A stretch of 64,000 nucleotides of DNA from Nostoc sp. DedSLP01. Lineage in GTDB: Bacteria; Cyanobacteriota; Cyanobacteriia; Cyanobacteriales; Nostocaceae. The stretch lies in contig JAVRCJ020000005.1 in the NCBI GenBank assembly GCA_034530875.2, positions 96,001 through 160,000 on the forward strand, in the 5' to 3' direction. Below the pieces are notes generated by a model. That model saw only the letters and a list, made by a program, of their open reading frames with translations, did not search any database and was not told the DNA's origin. Positions 1 through 9,025 of this stretch are shown here, piece after piece (positions within the stretch are counted from its first letter, which is position 1; each line of letters begins with the position of its first letter). The position numbers and the translations under genes were made by a program.

Positions 1-40
1 AATTAATATAGGAAAGTCTTGAATAAGGGGCGGCAAACAA

Positions 41-163
41 ATGGATGTAAAGCTGATTCTAGCTGGCTTAACAGTTATTTTTACAATTTCGTGTTTATTC
101 TTTGGCACGAAAAATGGATTCTATGATTCAGATAACTACCACGGCAATGGTTCCGCACATTGA
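41..163 (+). CDS. ndhP: NDH-1L complex small subunit NdhP (40 aa; below the ORF-track cutoff)
   Basis: Manual translation MDVKLILAGLTVIFTISCLFFGTKNGFYDSDNYHGNGSAH: one TM helix plus the C-terminal FFGTxNGFYDxDxYHGNGSAH signature of cyanobacterial NdhP. Confidence 0.93.
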   Translation: MDVKLILAGLTVIFTISCLFFGTKNGFYDSDNYHGNGSAH

Positions 164-197
164 GATGAGTCTGTAGGCGCTGGGACAACTTTTAACA

Positions 198-387
198 GGG
201 TAAGTTGGCTAACAGCGCTCGTAACTTTCACACAAAAAACAGGCCAGACACAAAACTCCTTTAGCTCCTAGTTTGATGGCTCTCTCGTTATTCAACTTTT
301 CCGAACTAGTGCGGGTTCGGTGGAGGCGTCCTCCCCAATCAAAAATCCGTATTCTCAGGGTGTAGGGGCGGATAATAAAACTTACCC
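198..387 (+). ncRNA. ssaA: 6S RNA (cyanobacterial SsaA/6Sa)
   Basis: ~190 nt with complementary ends (GGGTAAGTT 198-206 / AACTTACCC 379-387); internal blocks GTAACTTTCAC, CAAAACTC, GGTTCGGT, GGCGTCCT, ATCCGTAT and GGTGTAGGGGCG match my recollection of cyanobacterial 6S RNA; ends approximate. Confidence 0.85.
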
Positions 388-467
388 CTAAGTCACAAAA
401 CCAAAATTTTTGTAATTTTTGGCTTTTGGGATATGTCCATGACGATGAGGTTTGAGGGGAGGAGAGC

Positions 468-2132
468 ATGAGGGATAATCTATCAGCATCCTCTCGCGTA
501 GATGCTGGAGAAATGGGTAGTGAATTAGAATGTTTCCCCTATAGTGTCCAGCATTACGATGAGGGTGTGTGTTTATTGGTGAAAATGGGGCCACACCGTA
601 TTTTGTTGGACTGTGGTTTAGACGATATCTCATCACTGGCAAGAGGGCTTAACAACCCGGTACGTGGAAGTAGTTCGGTACCAGCTGATTTAGTTTTAAT
701 TAGTCACGCCCACCCAGATCACTCTAGAGGCTTGCTGGCGCTACATCAAGCTTTTCCCAAGTTGCCTATTTATGGTAGCGAAGTAACCAGTAAGTTACTG
801 CCACTGAATTGGCTAAACCAAGAAAGAGAGAAAATTTCCCAATTTTGTCATGCTTTGCCGTTGCGATCGCCAGTAGAATTCCAAGACGGTCTGGTGGCAG
901 AATTATTTCCCGCAGGCCATCTACCAGGAGCAGTGGCAATTCTCCTTACTTACACCACCCAACATCGTAGTTACAAACTACTGTATACGGGGGATTTTTT
1001 CTTATCGAACTCCCGGCTGGTAGAAGGTTTGCGTTTAGAGGAACTACGGGGTATAGATTTAGATGTGCTGATCGTTGAAGGCACTTATGGCACATCCCGC
1101 CATCCCCACCGCCGCAACCAAGAAAATCAATTGGCAGAGCGAATTAATCGCGCGATCGCTGAGCATTGGTCTGTAATCCTCCCTACCCCTGCTTTAGGGC
1201 TTGGTCAAGAACTGTTAATGCTCTTGCGTTCTCATCACCACTTCACTGGACGAGATTTAGATATTTGGGTAGACGGTGCCGTGGCCACTGGTTGCGACGC
1301 TTACCTAGAACTCCTACCCCACCTCCCGTCATCAGTACAGAACTTTGCCCGCCATCAACCTTTATTTTGGGACGAACGGGTGCGTCCGCGGGTGCGTCGT
1401 CTGCAACCAGAACAACGCGCCACTGTTGGCAAGTCGCCCTGTATTGTCCTGACTGACTCGATAACTGATTTGCGCCAATATTGTCAACCAGATACCGGCC
1501 CTTGGCTAATCTTGCTCCCGGAAAAAATTGATATAAAAGTTAACAAAAAATATTTAGCTCCCACCACTGTGGAAAGCTATCTCCTAGCTCAACACAGTGA
1601 TGGGCCTGGTACTACCCAGCTAATTCATAATTTGCGACCGCAGCACGTAATTTTTGTCCACGGTTCTCCTGCCTACTTAGCCGACCTCACGAGCTTAGAG
1701 GAATTGCAAAACCGCTATCATATACACTCTCCAGCAGCTCGGACTTTGGTGGAATTGCCCATTGGCGATACATTTTTGCAACCCGCAGCACCAGAAACTA
1801 ATTACGAAGGTGAGCTAACGGAGTTAGGAACAGTAGTTACAATCACCTTACCCGATGCAATCACAGCCGATCCTCGTTGGCAACAGTTTGCTGATACTGG
1901 TTTAGTCGAGGCGCGTTGGCAGGGGGAAGAACTCGTATTAAGAGGATTGTCTCAACGAGAATTGCTCAATCAAAATAGCGATCGCTATACTTGGACAGAT
2001 CTAGAGTGTTGCGGTACTTGCCGACATCAAAGGGGGCAGCGGTGTTGGAACCCAGCTTCCCCATTGTACAATTTTAAAGTCACCTTAGAAGGTTACTGTC
2101 CTGCTTTTGAAAGGTTAAGTGAGGGTCAATAG
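468..2132 (+). CDS. Metallo-beta-lactamase / beta-CASP family putative ribonuclease with C-terminal Cys cluster
   Basis: LLDCG, SHAHPDH, AGHLPGA, YTGD, EGTYG, QHSD and FVHG motifs; C-terminal CCGTC-x7-C-x17-C. Confidence 0.88.
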   Translation: MRDNLSASSRVDAGEMGSELECFPYSVQHYDEGVCLLVKMGPHRILLDCGLDDISSLARGLNNPVRGSSSVPADLVLISHAHPDHSRGLLALHQAFPKLPIYGSEVTSKLLPLNWLNQEREKISQFCHALPLRSPVEFQDGLVAELFPAGHLPGAVAILLTYTTQHRSYKLLYTGDFFLSNSRLVEGLRLEELRGIDLDVLIVEGTYGTSRHPHRRNQENQLAERINRAIAEHWSVILPTPALGLGQELLMLLRSHHHFTGRDLDIWVDGAVATGCDAYLELLPHLPSSVQNFARHQPLFWDERVRPRVRRLQPEQRATVGKSPCIVLTDSITDLRQYCQPDTGPWLILLPEKIDIKVNKKYLAPTTVESYLLAQHSDGPGTTQLIHNLRPQHVIFVHGSPAYLADLTSLEELQNRYHIHSPAARTLVELPIGDTFLQPAAPETNYEGELTELGTVVTITLPDAITADPRWQQFADTGLVEARWQGEELVLRGLSQRELLNQNSDRYTWTDLECCGTCRHQRGQRCWNPASPLYNFKVTLEGYCPAFERLSEGQ

Positions 2133-2213
2133 TCATCAGTTTTTGATTATTTGCCATTTCTCCGTAATCATTGAGAAATGACTAACGATCGATGACTAAT
2201 GACCAATGACTCT

Positions 2214-2525
2214 TTATTCCGGATTTGAGTCAGTGTAACGATTGCGGATGCGTTCGGCTTCGGGACAATCCTCTGTCAGGAGAGGTTCGACATTGCCGCG
2301 TGGCACTGAAGCCAATTTTTGCGTTACAGCACCGATGCTCTCGAGGCGAACCATTTCTTCCCAAGAACAAATTTCGTCTTCTTCTTCTGTTTCATAGCGT
2401 AGGGTTACTAAATCTCCCTCTATGTCTATGATGCGGGCGCGTTCAATCCAGCGTTGCTGGTCCCGCAAGAAAACACATACCTCCCGCCCGTCGCAACACA
2501 GTTGATAAATCTTGCGGTGTAGCAT
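2214..2525 (-). CDS. Conserved cyanobacterial small protein (DUF6679-like)
   Basis: 103-aa ORF starting MLHRKIYQLCCDGREV, a family typical of cyanobacteria. Confidence 0.75.
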   Translation of the reverse strand: MLHRKIYQLCCDGREVCVFLRDQQRWIERARIIDIEGDLVTLRYETEEEDEICSWEEMVRLESIGAVTQKLASVPRGNVEPLLTEDCPEAERIRNRYTDSNPE

Positions 2526-3183
2526 GTACTGCTTCTGCCTTTTTAAACAACGTAGTTAAACCTGTCGAAATCTGGGTTTTACCCAATTACATTACACCCT
2601 AAAGAGGTGAATTCCACGGTTGAGAACAAGTACGCCTCATGACTGAATCTCAAGATTTGCTTGTAGTTATCAAAATCTAGGGAGATTTTGGGTCATCAAC
2701 CAATGGTTGCTGTACTAATGAACTCAATCTCTTTCGAGCTGATTTTAAGAAATGCTTACTTCATAAGAAGTCAAACAAGTCGGGATTTCTCCTTACAAGG
2801 TTAATATTTGCTGGTGAGTTGTTTCTACCATTATGTAATAAAAAATACTGCAAAACAAGCGTTGATTGCGGTTGTTTAATTTGCCTACTTGTAATCATTG
2901 GCATTACTGCGAAGTCCGGGGACTTGGCTTTACTTTTACCCCTGTGTATTTGATCTTAACTCATTCTCTTGCTGACCTTGATGATTTTCAATAACAATAG
3001 CCAAAGAGTTTTGAGTTTTTCAAGTTTTTCCTTGAATACGAGGCTCAGGGCGATGGGAAAATAAAGGAAGCATGGGATATGAAAGCAGGACGCGGGGAGG
3101 CGGAGAGTTGCTTGGTTTCACCTTGTCTCCTAGTCTCTTTATCCCCCTTATTCCCCTCATGTCTCGTGTCTCTAATAGAAGTA

Positions 3184-3402
3184 TCAATAAGATTTATAAG
3201 GTAAGGGTAGTTCCATTAGCACATTGGAAGATGTTGCTTCTCGTTTAATTTGACCTGTGCGGACTGCATCATATAAGGCTGCAAGGGCTGACAAATCTTC
3301 TGACTGGTAGCACTTAGTAGCCAGCATTTGATGCAGTAAGCCTTCAGATTCAACACTAAGATATCCAGTTTGAAAAGCAGATTCAACAATTGTGCGAATC
3401 AT
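3184..3402 (-). CDS. Small conserved hypothetical protein (72 aa)
   Basis: ATG ORF with AAGG upstream; resembles small helical cyanobacterial proteins (IVxxAxxTGYLS...D..AL..L..AV..G.I). Confidence 0.75.
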   Translation of the reverse strand: MIRTIVESAFQTGYLSVESEGLLHQMLATKCYQSEDLSALAALYDAVRTGQIKREATSSNVLMELPLPYKSY

Positions 3403-3487
3403 CTTGATTAAGGCAGAGTAAGCAATTTATTACGTCTAGTGTGGAACATTTCCCTCTACTGCTGATTGATATAGAACATTAATAATA

Positions 3488-3531
3488 TGTGATTATCATT
3501 ACACTATATTTGTGATTTGTATCACAAATAT
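3488..3531. promoter_or_regulatory. Tandem CRP-type binding sites
   Basis: TGTGA-ttatca-TTACA (3488-3503) and perfect TGTGA-tttgta-TCACA (3511-3526), the latter inside the extended palindrome ATATT-TGTGA...TCACA-AATAT (3506-3531); upstream of the 72-aa ORF. Confidence 0.75.
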
Positions 3532-3691
3532 TATTGAATATATAAGCTTTTAGGGATTGGTTAATTAAAATACGTGAATAAATAATTACAAATATATAAG
3601 TATTAATATTTATATATCTATCTTCTAAGAATCTTAAAAAATAATAAAACTTTTAGGCAAGCACTCAAAATAATACTTATAAGCTCTGCAA

Positions 3692-4480
3692 TCAAGCAAA
3701 AAACTGGCGGAAATCCTCATCTTTTTGACTCAGTTGCACCCAGTCTAAGTTTAAGGACTGGAATTTTTGCACCAAGCGATCGCAAGCAGGACGTTCTGTA
3801 GCATAATGTCCAGCGTCAATTAAAATGAGATTGCGGTCGCGGCTTTCTTGAAACTGATGAAATTTGCAGTCAGAAGTCAGGTAAGCTTGGGCGCCAGTTT
3901 TAGTTACTGCTGAGATAAAACTCGCTCCCGAACCACCCAAAACTGCAACGCGTGAAATAGTTTGCTGTAGATCTGCTGTTGGGGAAAAAATTAAATTTGG
4001 GGAAGCAAGTCGGGTTTGAATTACCGCAAGTAATTCATGTAGCGTCATCGATGGCTCTAGCAAACCAACACGACCGTATCCTAATCCTGGCTGTGTGGGT
4101 ACTATGGAAGTAACTTGTTTGAGTTGTAAAATTTGAGCCAAGACATCAGCAGTACCATCCTCTACTTGGTCAAAATTGGTGTGAGCGCTGTAGATACCAA
4201 TATTATGGGTAAAGGATAAGCGTATCATTTCTGCGATCGCTTCACCAGTGCGTAAGGACTTGGGAGGGGTAAAAATTAGCGGATGATGGGCAAAAATTAG
4301 ATTAGCATTTAAGGCGATCGCTTCCTGCATTACTGCTAAAGTTGGTGTCAAACACACCAATACTCGCGCTTTTTCCTGCAACACTCCTGGCTCAATTTGC
4401 CAACCACAATTATCCCAGCTTTCAGACCAAGCAGGATTTGCCCATGCTTCAAACCAATTAATTAAATCAGCAATTTTCAT
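3692..4480 (-). CDS. Nif3-like dinuclear metal centre protein (YbgI / GTP cyclohydrolase I type 2 homologue)
   Basis: WDNCG, AHHPLIF, SAHTNFD, GGSG and DAGHYATE motifs. Confidence 0.95.
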   Translation of the reverse strand: MKIADLINWFEAWANPAWSESWDNCGWQIEPGVLQEKARVLVCLTPTLAVMQEAIALNANLIFAHHPLIFTPPKSLRTGEAIAEMIRLSFTHNIGIYSAHTNFDQVEDGTADVLAQILQLKQVTSIVPTQPGLGYGRVGLLEPSMTLHELLAVIQTRLASPNLIFSPTADLQQTISRVAVLGGSGASFISAVTKTGAQAYLTSDCKFHQFQESRDRNLILIDAGHYATERPACDRLVQKFQSLNLDWVQLSQKDEDFRQFFA

Positions 4481-4679
4481 AATTAATTTTTAACTAGAAA
4501 GAATTCAAGAGTCAGAATTCACAAATTGAATTTTTAGCTCTCAGTGAATGAATAAACAGTGAAACACTCGCGCCTAATTTAAAATTTTACGGTCTGCAAT
4601 TATTAGCTAGTCTAAATACTCCACTTCGAGTATTACTGAATTCTAAATTCTCTATTCTCTATTCTTGTCTAATTACTGC

Positions 4680-5459
4680 TCAGTGTTTCTGTGGTTGAAT
4701 ATCTAATTTTAACGCCATTTGCTGACGCATTTCTTGAAAAGGTTTATTCCATACAGGGCTAGCATTCCAATTCCACACTGGTACTGGAATCAGTTGTTCC
4801 CGAGCAAGATAGGTTAACAGACGATATTCATCTTCTGGTTCGCGAGAAAAAGTGAAGGGGTTGCGGTAACCTGTATCGCATAGTTTATAACAAGTTGTTT
4901 GACCCTGACGAATACGTTGTGTAATTTCCTTACCTTTAGCTAGTAAGTAATCAAAAAACATTAAGCTAAAAGGCTCTACACTGCCACGATTTTCTGGGTC
5001 TTTTTGTACCCACCTTGCCCAATCAAATCCATACATAAAATCGTGAACGTAACGGAAACGTATTTCTGTATTAATTCCAAACATCTCCGTTAGCCTAACC
5101 ATCTTTTCACCAAAAATTTTTAGATAAGAAATAGCACCTTCATCTGCGACTAAAGCCTGTCTCAGCATACTACTTACCAAGAAATCAAAATCCCAAAAAA
5201 TATTTTTTGGGAAATTTTCTAACTGAGCATCAACTATAGATTCTAAAGTTTCCTGAAGAGTTGTAATGATTTCGATGTCGGTGTTTTGTTCGGCAATCAA
5301 ATTTCCTAATTGTGTAAAACTGGTAATAATTTTTTGTTGTGGATTCAGTGATAAAAGATTAACAGAGTGCTGGGCAAATATTTCATCAATCAGTTGGAAA
5401 TTATGAGTTGGCATTAATTCTTGCTTCATAGTAATTGAAAAAGCCCAGCCAGATAACAC
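4680..5459 (-). CDS. Conserved hypothetical protein (true start possibly a downstream Met)
   Basis: 259-aa ORF with conserved-looking FPxNIFWDFD and IRFRYVHDFMYGFDWARWV blocks; no function recognised. Confidence 0.75.
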   Translation of the reverse strand: MLSGWAFSITMKQELMPTHNFQLIDEIFAQHSVNLLSLNPQQKIITSFTQLGNLIAEQNTDIEIITTLQETLESIVDAQLENFPKNIFWDFDFLVSSMLRQALVADEGAISYLKIFGEKMVRLTEMFGINTEIRFRYVHDFMYGFDWARWVQKDPENRGSVEPFSLMFFDYLLAKGKEITQRIRQGQTTCYKLCDTGYRNPFTFSREPEDEYRLLTYLAREQLIPVPVWNWNASPVWNKPFQEMRQQMALKLDIQPQKH

Positions 5460-5706
5460 TAAATATTAGTTTATATTAAAAAAACTCAAATATTAAAGAA
5501 ATATAAACAAACTTTATTTTTGATTTACAAACTGATACACAGCTTTTTTATCAGCATATATATGATTTACTCCCGATGCAGATTTTTCGTCAATAAGAGA
5601 TGACACCAACGAAGTTTACAATATTTTACCTAAAGCGTAGGCCCTAAGAACAGAGTATTTAAACTCTATAAAGCTAGAGCTTAAACAAATTAAATTTGAG
5701 AAATTA

Positions 5707-6120
5707 CTAACCAGAAATATGGACAACTAATTCCCTTGAATGACTGCGCTGGCGGTGTTCCCAAATATAAATTCCTTGCCAAGTTCCCAGTACTAGATGA
5801 CCGCGATTAATGGGGATATGTTCGGATGTGTGCGTAAGTGCTGTACGGATATGTGCCGGCATATCATCAGTGCCTTCAGCGTCGTGAATGTATTTAGCTG
5901 ATTCTGGTACGAGTTTTGCCATAAAATTAGCTAGATCCACAAGAACATCGGGATCGGCATTTTCTTGGATGACTAAACTAGCTGAAGTGTGGCGTAAAAA
6001 TAAAGTACAAAGGCCAGTTTCCACACCCGACTCTGCAACGATCGCCTCAATTTTATTAGTAATATTGTAAAAAGATTTGCCAGCAGTAGTAACTCTTAAT
6101 AACTTTTGGTAGTGAGTCAT
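5707..6120 (-). CDS. yjbQ: YjbQ/UPF0047 family protein (secondary thiamine-phosphate synthase)
   Basis: HTSASLVIQENADPDV, AHIR and LGTWQGIY motifs. Confidence 0.93.
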   Translation of the reverse strand: MTHYQKLLRVTTAGKSFYNITNKIEAIVAESGVETGLCTLFLRHTSASLVIQENADPDVLVDLANFMAKLVPESAKYIHDAEGTDDMPAHIRTALTHTSEHIPINRGHLVLGTWQGIYIWEHRQRSHSRELVVHISG

Positions 6121-6288
6121 TTTTAACTGTAATATTGATAACAGTAAAAGCTAGTAACAGTAGGATATTTCAACACTAGAGAAATATCATCTACTTGTTG
6201 CTAGTTCTTATTATAAGTCTGGCTGAACTCAACTAACATCTGCAAAATTTCTTTGTTTATTGTTAGATTTTCATTACCATTATGAATT

Positions 6289-7386
6289 TTACTTGGATTG
6301 TAAATAATTAATTACAGCCTGAGCGATCGCTTCATTACCATCTTTAGAAATAGGTTGAGATTGTTTTGGTGCTTGGGGTAACTCAAAAAGAAAATTCCAA
6401 TTTCCTTCAAAAAACTCGGTTGGGGTGACAATTTGATGTTTATTGTAATTAATTACACCTTCTAATAGATAACTTGCTTCAGCAAAATCTTCTCGAGGAA
6501 TAGTAACAATCGGTACTTCCAATTTTGTAGTTTCAGCAAAAGTACTATAACCAGGTTTAGAAACTACTCGCCCACAAATAGGCATAAAATCTACAGGGCG
6601 ATATTTACGGTCATTAATTTTAATTACATTTGGTAAATCAGGGGCAGAGCGATCGAACGTAATAAATTGCCAGTCTAAAAATTCTTGTAGGTTATTATAG
6701 GGAATTTGCTGTAAACCCAAACCTCCAAAAGTCAATAAAATTGTTTTTTCAACTGGTGCAGTGATTCCCCAAACAGAGCGTAAATCATCAAGTGAGTAAC
6801 GTGGAGAACTGCCTGTTAAGCCTATATCTGTGATATTGTTAAAAGCCTGCATCCTTTCGTGGAAAGGAAGACGAAACAGGCGATCGCACTTTGAATACCA
6901 ATCGCTAATCCAGTCTGCAACTGCTATAAATTCACCTCCCCAATCTCGATATACCAAGTCCCAGCCAAAGTTACTAATCATCCAGCAGGGAATATTTGCA
7001 GCATTAGCAAACCCAGAAGCAAGAAATGGGATATCTCCCAAGATGAGATTGACGCGATTTTGACGGATAAAATTAACTTCTGAGGCAATTAACGAATTTT
7101 GCTGTTTTTTAATCTCCAGCAACTTTTCTAAAGTCGCTGCTTTATCCATTGCTAAACTATCAGCTTGCACCACACCCAAATCAAATGCACGGGGACGATA
7201 GATAAAATCACCTTCTATGTAGCACTCTAACAACCAGCGTGGTGCAGTAGTCACCATAATCAGCAGGACTTCTGGACAGAATTTTTGAATTGTCGCAGCC
7301 ACAGAAGCCATGCGGGTAGCATGACCAAATCCGTGATTAGTGATGGCTAAATATAAAATTGGGCGTTCCATTTTAGAGTTAGTCAT
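6289..7386 (-). CDS. GT-B fold glycosyltransferase (L-arabinokinase N-terminal-like)
   Basis: HGFGHATR, SNFGWD, TFGG and SKPGYSTFAE motifs. Confidence 0.85.
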   Translation of the reverse strand: MTNSKMERPILYLAITNHGFGHATRMASVAATIQKFCPEVLLIMVTTAPRWLLECYIEGDFIYRPRAFDLGVVQADSLAMDKAATLEKLLEIKKQQNSLIASEVNFIRQNRVNLILGDIPFLASGFANAANIPCWMISNFGWDLVYRDWGGEFIAVADWISDWYSKCDRLFRLPFHERMQAFNNITDIGLTGSSPRYSLDDLRSVWGITAPVEKTILLTFGGLGLQQIPYNNLQEFLDWQFITFDRSAPDLPNVIKINDRKYRPVDFMPICGRVVSKPGYSTFAETTKLEVPIVTIPREDFAEASYLLEGVINYNKHQIVTPTEFFEGNWNFLFELPQAPKQSQPISKDGNEAIAQAVINYLQSK

Positions 7387-7404
7387 TAGTCATTAGTTAT
7401 TGGT

Positions 7405-7478
7405 CTTCTCTTACAAAGTTCCGTTCGCCCTTGGCGTTGCCGCAGGCATCGGAGGAAACCTCCGCTCAGACTTTGCGC
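7405..7478. repeat. Small dispersed hairpin repeat embedded in a GTCATTA/GTTATTA heptamer tract
   Basis: CAAAGT...ACTTTG outer stem enclosing a CGGAGG-AAA-CCTCCG hairpin; flanked by STRR units. Confidence 0.55.
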
Positions 7479-7537
7479 TTAGTTATTAGGAGTTAAAATT
7501 AGAGTTATAACTCCTAATAATCGAAAACTATTAACTT

Positions 7538-8731
7538 TTAGCTAGTTTTACAAAAAGTTTGAACTGCCTCAATTAATTGGTTAATTTCCGATTCTAAAGT
7601 AAAGTAATGGACAGTAGCGCGGATACAGCTAGGGTTGGCAATTGTGCGAGTTAATATTTTTTGTGAGTCTAAAAACTGCACTAATTTGACATGAGCTTCT
7701 GGCTGATTATTTGTCAGTTGAAAAGAGACTATACCGCTTTCTGGCGGGGAAGTCCACAGACATTGAACATCAGCTAAAGCCGTTAACTTTTGCCAGAGGT
7801 ATTCACTGTTGTGACAAATTTGTTCGTAACGTTCTTGTGGAGTTCCCCATTGCTGATGAACGGCGATCGCCTCCCGTAAACCGACATACAAAGGGTAAGC
7901 TATTGTAGACACTTCATATCTTCGCCCATCTGGAAGCCAACCCACAGGTTGAGATTGACTATCTACAACAACGCCATTCAAACCAATAAACGTAGGTCTG
8001 AGGCTTTCTCGTGCTTCTGGTCTGACGTACAAACCGCCTGCGCCAGCAGGGCCGCATAACCATTTGTGACCGGTGAAAGCATAAAAATCTACTCCCAATT
8101 CAGTCAAGTTTAAAGGCAACAAACCAGCAGATTGAGCAGCATCTATTAATAGTGCAGAATGATTATTTCTGCATACTTCAGCAATTTTATCTAAAGGTAA
8201 AACTTGACCTGTATTCCAGAAAACATGACTCAATATTACTAGGCGGGTATTAGGGCGTAAATATTGGGTAATGAGTTTTACAGGGTCACCTTCATTTAAA
8301 GTCGCTTTTAGAGGACAGATAGTCACTTCTACAGAAAATCGTCTGCTGATTTCTTGGGTTGTAGCAATCACGCCTGGGTGTTCGCAATCAGAAAGTAATA
8401 TGTGGTCGCCAGGACGCCATTCGAGACCCCAGATAGCGATATTACAGCCAACAGTCACATTCTGAGTCAGGGTTATTGTATCAGTTGGTATCTGGAACTC
8501 GGAGGCGATCGCTTCTCTTGCAGCTTGTAATTCTGGTTTTAGCCAGCGATAGACCTCACTACCAAAGGGGCCTAGATGCTGAATGTGGGCTTCGGTTTGA
8601 GCGATCGCATCCATCGCCCCAAGAGGCATCGGCCCTTGTCCTCCATAATTAAAATAAGTCTTATTTGCTAAAGCGGGAAATTGCTCTCGATGGCGATGCA
8701 ACCTATTTTGTGTAACAGCACTAGTGGTCAT
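7538..8731 (-). CDS. PLP-dependent class V aminotransferase, L-cysteine/cystine C-S lyase (C-DES) type
   Basis: YFNYGGQG, EHPG, SHVFWNTG, DAAQSAG and FTGHKWLCGP (PLP lysine); lacks the catalytic Cys loop of IscS/SufS. Confidence 0.88.
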   Translation of the reverse strand: MTTSAVTQNRLHRHREQFPALANKTYFNYGGQGPMPLGAMDAIAQTEAHIQHLGPFGSEVYRWLKPELQAAREAIASEFQIPTDTITLTQNVTVGCNIAIWGLEWRPGDHILLSDCEHPGVIATTQEISRRFSVEVTICPLKATLNEGDPVKLITQYLRPNTRLVILSHVFWNTGQVLPLDKIAEVCRNNHSALLIDAAQSAGLLPLNLTELGVDFYAFTGHKWLCGPAGAGGLYVRPEARESLRPTFIGLNGVVVDSQSQPVGWLPDGRRYEVSTIAYPLYVGLREAIAVHQQWGTPQERYEQICHNSEYLWQKLTALADVQCLWTSPPESGIVSFQLTNNQPEAHVKLVQFLDSQKILTRTIANPSCIRATVHYFTLESEINQLIEAVQTFCKTS

Positions 8732-8768
8732 ACTAAATATTGGATTTTGGATTTTGGGTTAGTCATTA

Positions 8769-8816
8769 GGAGCCACTGCGTTGCGGAGGTTCCCCCCCTG
8801 TTGAAGCAAGTGGCGT
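8769..8816. repeat. Small dispersed GC-rich hairpin repeat inserted in a GTCATT(A/G) heptamer tract
   Basis: GCCACT...AGTGGC stem (8772-8777/8809-8814) flanked by TCATT STRR units. Confidence 0.55.
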
Positions 8817-8836
8817 TCATTGGTCATTAGTTATCG

Positions 8837-8943
8837 AAACAATCGGGTTTAAACCTCGCCTTTAAAGGTGAAAAGTTTTTGTAATGGGGTATAAATCCTC
8901 GTTACAAAAACGGCCTTCTGCCTCCTGCCCCCTGCCTTCGTTA
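8837..8943 (+). repeat. Dispersed ~105-bp repeat, copy 1 (copy 2 at 54102-54238)
   Basis: Shared AAACAATCGGGT...AATGGGGTATAAATCCTCGTTACAAAA...CGGCCTTCTGCC...CCTGCCTTCGTTA. Confidence 0.85.
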
Positions 8944-9025
8944 TTCCCCGTGTCTCAACCTCCCATTCCATTACTAATTGTTTGAGTTAGTGCCAGAAAA
9001 TGCTAATTGTTGTTAACTTAAAGAA

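Noticed and set aside
209..642. ORFs 209-469 and 388-642 (minus strand)
   Set aside because: Antisense to the 6S RNA and the beta-CASP gene; no protein-like features.
2835..2848. Class II NtcA-activated promoter
   Set aside because: GTA-N8-TAC is present but there is no TAN3T about 22 nt downstream on either strand; the motif is short and frequent by chance.
4680..5459. Ferrochelatase assignment
   Set aside because: No HemH motifs recognisable; left as hypothetical.
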